Shown here: piece by piece, positions 19,219-31,200 of the stretch
How positions within the stretch are numbered: the stretch's first letter is position 1
Layout: each line of letters starts with the position of its first letter
From: a virus
Strand: one strand, 5' to 3'
Length of the DNA stretch: 64,000 bases
IMG/VR virus record: IMGVR_UViG_3300045988_037604
The notes under the pieces: generated by a model
Told to the model about the DNA's origin: nothing
Database searches by the model: none
Seen by the model: the letters and a program-made list of their open reading frames with translations, nothing else
Program-made: the position numbers and the translations under genes

Positions 19219-22200
19219 ATGAATGGTAGTTGTAATGTAGATGCAAAAAGATTTGCTGCTACTGAGACTGGAACCCGTCTCAAAGAAATGTGTGGAGTTG
19301 ATAGTACAAAATTTAATGCTATTACAGCTCTAGTTTATAATCCAAATACAGATAGTGGATTTACCAAAGAATTTGATGACTATCGTAAAACTGACGATAT
19401 AGCAAAAGATGCTATGGATTTCTATCAATCTAAACATTTTAATGTTGCTTATCAAACCACTAAATCTAAATATTCTGATATTATTCAAAGATTTGGTTAT
19501 GCTAATACTCAAGCTAAAGTTATGGCTAATAGAGTTATTGCTAATAATATTTTAACTTTTTATATTTCTGATGTTCTTAAAGGAAAAGATGATGAACATA
19601 AAGAAAATAGAGCTAATTATTATGCAAATAGAACTATTAAGTTTATTGCTAAACAATTGGCAACAAAAGTTATGAAAATTAGAAACATTCCTAGTACAAA
19701 AGATAATGTACTTAGAGTTGTAAACCAGCTTCTTGGTTATAATACTATTGAAGGCTTTGAATCTATAGATAAAGATTTTCAATCTCTTAGTGTTGAAGAT
19801 AGAAATGTTCTTGCTGTATTTAAAGAAATGCTTACTAATAAAGCTAAATTCTTTAATGCAATATATGCTGGAGACAGTCGTCTTGGACTTCTTAGAACAA
19901 AAGGAGATGATTCTGTTGATGAACGTTTTGATGAAGAAGGATTAACTGAAGATATATTTGTAAATGATGATAATCAAGATTTAGTAGATAGTTCTAATTT
20001 AGAATATGATGTTGATACTACTACTGCTAGATGGGACGATAATAGTGGTATGGGTAGTAATTTTATGAATGGTATTGATGATAGTGTTAAACTTATTATG
20101 TTTACTATTCCTAAACTTACATCTACTGCTAAAGTTGATGGTAAATATTCTTATGATAGAAGTAACCCTCTTGGTACAATAGATTTTATTGATGGTAAAA
20201 AAGTTATTGCTACTATTATTTCTCAATGTAGTAGAGATAATCTTAATTCTTTTATTAAATCTATTAAAGATATAGCTAATAATAACAAAGAAATGGCAGG
20301 TCTTATTAAACTTGCTGATACTCTTGAAGCTAATAAAGATTTTGCATATTCTTTCAGACGTCAATTCATTAGAAGTATTATGCCTAAAACTGAAACTAGA
20401 GTTGAATCTGATAGACAAGTTCATGCTATTTCTTCTAATAAAGAAGCTAATCGTTCTCAATCATTAAGATTTAGTTTTCAAAATAATATTAAACATACTT
20501 CTATTATTAATCTTGAATCTACTTCTTTAGATGCTGTAAATAAAATAAATGAATATATAAAACGTTATAATGTAGCAGTTAAAACTAATAATGAACTTCG
20601 CATACAAGAAATGTTTAGTAATATAACTTCTACTTTAACTAATGCTCTTCATGTTTATTATCCTGATATGGATAAAAATGCTGTAGCTGCATTTATTAGA
20701 AGTAATAAAATTAATGGACAAATTAATGTTATAGCAAATATAAACATTCTTATAAGTAATTTAAAAGATACTGCTTCAGCTGGAACACTTAATCAACAAT
20801 ATAAAAAAGAAAATGAAGAAGCTAAAAGAAAATACCAAATAGCATTTGAAGAAGATTCTAGTGCTAAATTAGTTATTCCTCATGAAAGTATTATTAGTAA
20901 ACAAAGTATAGCTAGTGCTAACGAACTTGCTAAACTTTTAGAACCATATTCTAGTATTGCTCTTCAATTTAATTCTCGTAATGTTCTTGGTAATCAAAGT
21001 TCTGATATTATAAATAGTTCTATGCTTACCAATCTTATGAATGCTCTTAATGGAACAGAAATGAGTACTGATGCTGAAGGAAAACTTTCTCCTGAAGCTT
21101 TAATTCAATATGGTAATTATAAATTCCAAGGTAATCAATATAATCTTAGTAATATTCTTATTGAACAAAGAGATGCTAATGGTAAAATTATTGTTTACGG
21201 TTTATTTAAAAAAGTAGGAGATAAATATGCTCCAACTGATTATGCTAAACAACTTATTAGCATTAGTTTGTTTAATGGAGCTGGCAATCCTAATACAGGA
21301 GAAAATGTTCTTTATTCAGGAATGAGTAAAGGAGATTATGTTTATAGTGGTTTTGCTAATTTCTTTAATACTGAAAAAGATTATGATGGTAGTACTAAAG
21401 AAGCTTTAAGTTTAGCTAATTATTTTATGCGTATCCCTTCTGATGCTCCTAAGAATTTTATTGTTAGAGCAGCTAGATATGCTTATCATGATACAAATTA
21501 TGGCGATTTATTTACTATAGAAAATAATGAAGAATTTGAAAATGCTATCACTGATGAATTAAACAATCTTCCTAAAACAGATAAAGTTCCTACAGAATCT
21601 CAACTTAAACAATTTATTAAAGTTGAATCTCGTGATGATTACAATAGAATGATTAGTGATTTACGTGCTACTAGAATTAATAGACGTAAAATAATGGATT
21701 ATCAAATACTTAAAGACCCTAATCATAAAGGTAGTTATAAAAGTGGCGATAATCTAACTATAGGATATGTTTATACAGATGAATTAGGTAATCAAGATAG
21801 ATATGTTCTTCAAGGTACAGCAGAATTTGATTCAGATAATAATATATATATTACAAATGCTAAACCTTATCATATTGGTAATGAATTTACATCTGATGTT
21901 CGTCAAAATCTTGTAGATAAAATTAGACGTGAAGCTAATCGTACAGGTAAAATAGGAGATGTAGTTATTAATAAACAAATTAATGTTAATCATCCTCTGT
22001 TCCAACAATATCGTAATGTTTTTATTCAAGAACTTACTGATATGGCACATAACATTAATCAATGGTTTGTAACAGACGCTAATGGTAAAATTCAAGAATG
22101 GCAAGAAGGAGAAAGTACAGACCATAAAGCTGGTGAACCTAAATTTAAACAAGGTTGGGGACTTGATGAAGAATCTGCTCGTAAAGCTTATGCTGTATAT

Positions 22201-25200
22201 GAAGTAGGTAAAGGACATAAACATTTTGTAGAATATAATGATAAAACTAAAGGTCTTACATTTACTGGTAGTTTATTTAGAGATGATAGATTTATTATAA
22301 CTAATGATGATGGTACTACTACAAATGTAGCACAAGATTTAATGGATAAATTATTCAGTTCTCTCTACGGGGGGGATAAAGATGCTTATATTCCTTTTAC
22401 ATCTAATGGCGACAAAGTTGAAGTTAATTTGACTGATGAACAAAACGAAGAAGTTACTAAGATGATTAGTGACTTTATAACTAGCTATGTCAATCAACAA
22501 GTTGAAAAGTTTGATGATTTTAAAAATCTTGATGTCGCAGGTCTTATTAATGACCAAAATGTAGCTGATTTTGTACTTAATACTAGACTTACTTATATTT
22601 CATTTAATGACTTGTTTGAAGGAGATACTAAATTTTATAAAGATACTCAAACTTTCTTGAAGCGTAGTAAGGAAAGTCAAGCTAGTGGTGTACCTTATGG
22701 TTTCTGTGATTATGTTAGTGATTATTCTAGTACGTCTGTTGCTGTTGAAGGAGCTTATCTTAATGATGGAGAAATTCAAAAAAGATTTGCTAATTTTAAA
22801 AATCCTCTAGATGTTAAACAAATGACTAAGTTTAGAGGTATAACTATTAAAAATACTGTTAGAACTTCTGAGCAATGTAAAGTAGATACAGAAGATGTTA
22901 CAGGTAAATTAACAGATAAAGATGGTAGTCTTGTTAAAGACCTTGTAAAAAATGCTGGACTTACAGTTGAACAAGCTAGAACTTTAATGAAAGGTTTTAT
23001 TAAAACTACTGTAAATGATGCTCAATCTTATATTACATTTGAAGAATGGATTCGTCGTGTAGCTGGTCGTGGTCAACTTGCTAAATATTTACCTCTTATT
23101 GAAAAGATTCAAAATGATGAACCTCTTAGTAGTGCTGATATTAAAGAATTTGTTCAAGTTCAAAAGAACTTTTATTATGACCAATATTTTGACCCTGTAA
23201 CTAAGAAATTTGTTCCTCGTCAAATTAAAAATGCTGAATTTGTTCTTGTTCCTAGATTTATTAAAGGTACTCAACTTGAACAAGTTTATAATCTTATGAA
23301 AGATAATCATATTGATCAACTTAATACTGAAGAAACTTCTAAAGCAGGTAAAGCAAGAGTTCTTGAAATATTTAATTCTAAAACAGGTGAAGTTACTCAA
23401 GAACATATTGATGATTTCAATGCTCATGCTGATGCTTATGCTGAATATTATGATTACAATCATCTTTATACCCAACAAGAAACTCCACAACATATGGATG
23501 CTGAGAATAAAGCTGGTATTCAAATTATGAAGAAAATTATTGATAATATCCCAGTTAATAGTCCTCTTTATGATAAAAAACAAGAGTTCTTTAGACTTTA
23601 TTCTGCTAATATTAAAGATAGTTTTAATACTCTTGCTGATGAAATTAATATTCCAAGAGACGAAAATGGCAATATTAAATTTAATGATGATGGTACTATT
23701 AGTGGCATAGATTATAAAGTATTCTTCTCCAAACTTAAAGAAGAATGTATGCGTCTTGGTCTTGATAGTAATATGATGGATTATGTAACTTTAGCTGAAC
23801 AAGCTATTAATCCTATGACTGGAAGACCTAATCCTAATATGCCTATGATTCTTAGTAATGTTATTACTAAGCTTGAAAGTGTTAGTCAATCAGTATTTAA
23901 TAGAAATATCACTCGTCAAAAACTTCCTGGTTTTCATGCTGCTCAAATTACTAATGTTGGTTTTAAAGCTACTAAAGACCAAGTAAGTTATTCTAAAGAA
24001 CTTCGTTATCATCCTGTAACTAAAGAACATCCTGAAGGAGAACGTTATATCGAAATAATGCTTCCTAAAAGTAATTTTAATTTTGCTAAAAATGAAGATG
24101 GTACATATAAAGACGTTGATGAAGTTAGAGATGAAAATGGTGAACTTGTAGGAGGTCTTTTAAAACAACTTCAAGATGCAAAACTTGATACTCTTATTGG
24201 TTATCGTATTCCAACTGAAGGTAAACAATCTGTTTGTGTAATGAAAGTAGTTGGATTTCTTGATGATGCTCAAGGTTCAACTATTGTAGTACCTGATGAT
24301 TGGGTTTCTCAAACTGGTTCTGACTTTGATATTGACTCTGTATATGGTATTCAATATAGTAGTTATATAGATAAGCATGGTAATATTCGTAAACAAAGTT
24401 ATTCTGAAGAACTTGATATTTATGATTATGCTAATTATATAAATAGACATCTTGAAAAAGCTGATAAAATTAAAGATAAATCAGTTAAAGCTGCTTTTGA
24501 TGCTCTTAACAAAGAAATAGATGAAGCTTTTGATAAATCTCGTAAGGAATTATCTGAAGAAGAAACTCAAGCTTATAATGCTTTATCTGATGAAACTAAA
24601 GAACTTGTAAAAACTGCTCATAATGTTTTTGAAACTCAAGCTGTAAGAAATAAAGAAACTGGTAAACTTACAAAAGATAGTTATCTTAAACAACTTCAAT
24701 TTGTAGCTGATTATATTCGTACTAATAAAACTAATCTTGACAATGCTGATGATAATTTTATTTCAGTACATGAAGATATAGTAGATGCTATTAGTAATGA
24801 ATATATAGATAAACGAATTGCTAAATCAGATAGAGTTAAGAAAATTCTTCAAGATAGAATTGATAGATTTAATAATAAAGCTAAAGAATTAGGTCTTATG
24901 ACTTATGAAGAGTTTTTACAACAAAGTCCTGAAGAAGCTAATACTCGTAATGCCAGAAATAATAAACTTCTTGATGATATGATTGATATTCTTGAATCTA
25001 ATGAATCTCTTGAAGAAAATCTTTCTCGTTCTAATTTTGATGATATTATTGCTGCTCGTGATAAAGTTATTAATCCTGTAGTTAAAGATATTCGTGAAGC
25101 TAGAAGTCCTTATGATTTTCTTAACCAAGCTGATTATCAAGAAGATGTTATGAGTGGAGCTAAACTTAAAGCATTTAGTGTTACTCGTGATACATTTGTG

Positions 25201-28200
25201 TCAGTATGTAACACTGTTAGACCAACTATTGATGATAAGAATGTTATCAATATAAATTATCATTATAAAGATGCTAAAGCTCTTAAAGAACTTATAAATA
25301 GATTTGGTAAATATAATGTTAAAGATTTAGGTAATAACAAATGTAGAATTACTCATACTAGAATTGGTTGGTCCGAAGATAATAAAAATGTAGACGGACG
25401 TATTCTTACTGCATATACTTCTCAAACTACTGCTCATATTCTTGATGCTGTTAAGGAAGGAGCTATACCTAATGTAAATGATTTTACTTTTGCTGTATAT
25501 AAAACTCTTCCCGATATTGGTAGTAATTATGATACTACTTGTGCATTTATTATGCAACCTGCTATTAGTAGAATTGTTGACGAATATAATGCAAATAAAT
25601 CTATTTATGCAGAAGAAAGTTCTAAACCTATTGAAAATGCTATTAAGAAATTAGCTATAGAACTTAATATAGGTGTAACAGAAGAAGATAGTGTTCAAAA
25701 AGCTATAGATAAAATTAATAGTGTATTTAAAACTAATTATAGTCTTACAGAAAACAATAATATTATTCTTGATTATGATGATTTAGCTGCAAGAATTAAT
25801 GAAGAAGATGGTCAAATTAACCCCCCCGTAGAGAGGTTGATGTTTGACCTCAATATGCTTTTTGCTTATAATGATATTAATAAACTTGCTCAAGGTATTA
25901 GTAGTTTAGCAAGAGTTTGTAATCCTGATAGATTTGGTGCTAAACAAACTATATTTGCAACTAATAAAGTATTTAGAGATATTGAAACTATTGTAAATGT
26001 AGATAATGCTAAACAATATAGTGTTCTTAATGTAGAAGATAAAAATGGTGATATTATCTCATTTCTTGAAGCTATTTATCCTGGACTTATCGTTGATAAC
26101 AATGGAATTAAGTCTTATGATTTACATCATTATATGACAGAGAGTAATGATAATGATTCTAAATATCGTTCACTTCATTGTTTCTTAAAATATGCTACTG
26201 CTACTTCTACAAGTATTAATAGTATGCTTTTTGATACACAATCTAATTTCTTTAAGAATATAGTTTATAGTCTTGAAGATACATTTAGTGACAATACTAG
26301 ACAAATTAGTGAAAAAGAATATGCTGATTTTCAACAATATATTCTTAGTGGAGTTTATAACAATACTCCTGCTATGCGATTATCTATTAAACCTATGTTT
26401 AATAAAGATGGTAAATTTACTCAATTTGGTTTAGATAATGAAACTGATGAAACTGCTGAACGTCAAAGAATATTTGGATATAATGCTTCTACTGATATTA
26501 AATTTGCAGTTAATGACATTATAAATCCTACACAAAAAGAAATAGAAGTATTTGCTAAACTTACTCCTGCTCAAAAAGTTGCTTGGATTCAAATGAATAC
26601 TGAAGATGCTGGTATATTTAGTCTTTGTAAAGTAAATCTATTTAATCAATATGAAGCTAGACAAACTGGTCAATCTAGACAAACTATTAGTTTTAAAGAT
26701 GATACAGTTGATGTAGAAACTGCATATATGATGTTTGACCAAGCTACTAATAGTGATAATCCTCTTATAAAACTTGCTGCAATAGATATGATTAAATATG
26801 CTTTTGTAGTTGAGAATTTTAAAATGAGAAGAAATGCTATTAATAAGTTTATTACTAATGATAGTCTTAAAGATGATAGTCTTTTTGGAGGAGTTAATTT
26901 AGTAAATCAAATACTTGAAGATTTTAATAATTTTGCTGGAACTTATAATGTAGCTGAAGATTATGTTAGAGCACATAGTGATGCTTCATTTATTTATCAT
27001 AAAACAGAAAGTAAAATTAAAAAAGGTAAGACATTTGTTAATGAACTAAGTACTAATAGAAAATCTAGAGACCTTCTTAGATTTGATTTATCTGATACTA
27101 CTGATTTAACTAATAGTATTGCTGAACTTCAAGGTGAACTTAATGTTGAAACTGATGAAGAAGAAAGAAAGAAGATTGCTAAAGATATAAAAGATTTAAC
27201 TGATAGACTTAATGTTCTTAAACGTGATAGAAAAAATGCTATAAAATATGGTATCATAACAGATTGTTCTACTAAAACATTACCTAATGATTTTAGAAGT
27301 AATAATTATGTAGAAATTAAAACTAAAAAGAGTAAAGGTAAAGATTATACTAGTATTCTTTATAAGATTCAATTTATTGGTACAACTGTTTATGCTTATC
27401 CTATCAATAAACTTGATGAAAATGAAACTTCAGCTGTAAGTCTTATTAAAGAAAATAATAAATTTAAACCTGAAGCTTTTTATTTTGAATATATTAATGA
27501 ACTTGAGAAAAATAATGGTGAAAATCTTGAATTAGAAGATTTAAATAATCTTGCTTCTCAATATAATCTTGGTATTAAATATAAGAAACTTCGTAATAAA
27601 ATAGTATTTGATATAAATCATCCTGATAAATATAATCAAGGTGCTGCTAGAGATGCTATTAATAAAATTATTGCTAAATATCCTTTATCTAATGGTAAAG
27701 AATTTAATATTCAAAGTATTTATCTTGATAGATATGTAGGATTTAATTTTGGTAATCAACAGCATATAGTAGGAACTTATATAGATGCTGAAAGTGGAAA
27801 TGAAATTACTATAGATACTGATTTTAAATTTAGAAAGTATTCTTCTAATGAAATAAGTCGTCTTGCTGCATTAGGAATAAATGTAGCACCTAATACTATA
27901 ATAGTTAAAGAAGTTCCTAAAGTTGAGAATAAAGGTGTTATAGTTGAAACTAATCAAATAAAACATTCTAGTATTCTTGATTATAGTATAGATGCTTATA
28001 GAGATATATCTCGTAGAGCAAACGAAGGAGATTATGAAGCTAGACGTCAAGTTAGAAAATTAGGAGAAAAAGGTTTTGAAGGTAAAAAAGCTCAATTTGG
28101 TAATGAAGAAGAAAGAGTTTATGGAGCTATAAATGATTATGTTAAAACTAAAGTTGCAGAAGTTCATACTAATTTAAATCAGTTCTTTGCTGATGAAGAT

Positions 28201-31200
28201 GGTCATTATCATTCTGTAGTTGAAGCTGAAACTATTGATTATATTAGAAACAATCCTATGGAACAAAGACGTTTCTTAAAAACACTTCTTGATGCTAGAG
28301 CTTTAATTACTAAATATGGAGATATTGTTACAGTTAAGGTTGATAAAGATAAACAATCAGATGAAACAATTAATTATGTTAAAGGCATTCAAGAAAGTAT
28401 TAAATCTCTTATTGATAGTTCTAAACTTGAACAAGCTGAAACATTGTTTGCTACAGATTATCTTGCTAAACTAAGTGATAATCCTATGATACAAAATAAT
28501 ATTATTAGTATATTTGATGGATTTCATTCTACTAGTTGGTTCGATGCTTGGGTTGGTGATTTACAAGATTCAGGTAATGCTTTTGTACAAGTAATTACTA
28601 AAAATGTAATGGCTGACATTAGAGCTAAAGAAATGCAAGCAATGAAACGTGTTGAAAGTTTTAATAAAGAACTTGATAAGATTTTTGCTGATGCTAAAAA
28701 AGATGGAGTTAATTTATCTTTTGATGATATAATTGATGCTGATGGAAAAAGTATTCGACCATATAGTAAAAAATTTGAATCAGATTATAAAGAAATATAT
28801 AAGGATTTTAAACAAGCAGAAGCTAATATAATAGAAAATCCTAAAGCTTACATTCTTGCTAAACACAAGTATGATAAATTCTTATTAGACCATGTTAATA
28901 GAAAATTTGTTGATGATTATTATAAAGAATTTTATGATAATGATGAAGAAATGATTTCTAAACATTTGCCTATATTTGAAGAATATACTAAACTTCGTGC
29001 TCAAGTATCAAAAATAAATAGTGGAAGAATTAATGGAGTTCTTGACCCTTCGGATGAAGATAAATTAAAAGAATTACAAAAGAAAATTCTTGAACTTCGT
29101 TCTACATTTGATTATGATAGAATGGAAGAAAAAGAATCTTTTTATGGTGGTTATCCTGGAGCAAAAGTTAATGATAAAGGCGAAGTAATTGAAATAACAG
29201 ATGAAAAGAAGTATAGACAAGCTCGTATTTCTAACTTTGTTGATTGTAAAGCTTTAGATGATTATTTGTCTAGAATAAATGAAATTAGAAATAAATATAA
29301 TGATAGTAAAATTAAAAAAGGTTTTGATGAACAATTAAAAAGAAATCTTGATATAGTTGAAACTGCTGAAGCTCGTGACCCTTATGGAAGACTTAGAGTT
29401 CCAATATCTCAACTTGAAGCAAATGAAGATTATAAAAAAGCTAAAGCTTGGTTAGCAAATAATGCTAAATGGACTGTAGACTCTGCAATTCAAGAAGAAA
29501 TTCATGAAGCTTATAAAGTTTTACAATATAAAGGTGATAGAAATTCAGCATATAAAGTTGCAGTTAAAAGACTTATTCAAAAAGGAGATTTACATTATGA
29601 TGAATATGGTAGAATAGATGGTTCTGTTTTTTCTGATGAAGACCAGCAAAAGATTAAAGATGAAGTAGAGAGAAAATATTATAATAACAAATATAGTGCA
29701 AATAGTGACAGAATATTAATAAGTAATGCTCCTGAAGATGACACTATATATCCTACTGAAATATATAGAAGAATGTCATCTAATGGTATTCCTAATGAAG
29801 AATATCAAAAGATTGTAAAGAAAATAAATGATATTCTCAAACCTTATTATGATGTTTCTACTAAGCACGTTGAAACTTCTCAAATGACTGAGGAAGATTT
29901 AAATAAACTTTATGATGTTTATCAACCTTTATTTGCTGGAGTTAAGAAAACTATTGAAGGAACTAATGGTAAATCTGTTGGTTGGTTTATTAAAAATTAT
30001 GTTGACTTAGATGCTTATAATGAAACTGCTTTTAATCTTGAAAGAGAAAGAGCTAAAGCTAAAGGAGAAAAATATTATAAAGCTTGGGAACGAGTTAATA
30101 TGATGAGTATTCCTAAAGTTGATGATAAGTATCAAGTAGTTACAGATAGTGAAGGAAATGTAGTTTATGATGAAACTAAACCTAAAGTTCCTAATAGATA
30201 TTTATATTCTGCTCTTAAAGTAGATATGGATAAATATTTAAAGAATAAGAGTAGTAAAAAAGCTACTGCACTTCGCCAAGAAATGGAAGATAAAACTAAA
30301 GCTTACAATACTATTCATAAATATCTTGAAACTGTAAATACTCCATATTATGAAGCTGAACTTAAAAAACAAAGAGCTAAAGGTGATAAAGAATTTAAAG
30401 AATGGTATGATAGAAATCATGTTTATAATCCTTTTACTCATGTTTACGAACCTACTACAATATGGAGAAAAACTCAAGTTATTCCTAAACATGATAATGG
30501 TACTTGGACTGCTGGTTATGCTCAAACAGAACTCGCTCCTAAACCTGCTTATAAAAATAATAATTATAAAGAAGGATTAGGTAATATAGCTAATTATAAG
30601 AAGACTTCTGATACTACTTATGATACAGATAAAATTCTTAATAAACATCAACAAAGACTTCTTGATTATATAAATTCTGTTCTTACAAGTCTTGCTAAAA
30701 CTGAAAGTGCTAAACGCTATATAGCTCAAGGTTATATGCCTATGATGGCTAAAGGTAAAGAACATGATGCTAAATGGTGGGCTGCTCAATTCTTAGAGTT
30801 CTTAGGTTATAGTGATAAACTTCAGAATGGTCGTGACCCATTTTATCATATAGATTATGCTGATGATAAAACTATAGATATGCCTATGCTTATGCAACAA
30901 CTTCATAATAAAGATTCTGTTAATATAGAAAATATTAAAAAGACTAAACCTAACAGAATATCTTATAAAGATGAAGAAGAATATAATAAAGCAATGACTG
31001 CATATAATGCTCGACTAGAAGAAGCTGAAAAGAAAAATAAAGAAATTCATGAAGCTCTTATCAATAGAGATTACCGTACTGTTCTTAGTAATTTTATAAC
31101 TCAAGCTGCTCATTTCAATGCTATTCAAGATAATAAATATATGCTGTTCTATGGAAAAGAAATGATTGATAGAATGGAAGTATATGAAAAGAATATTGGT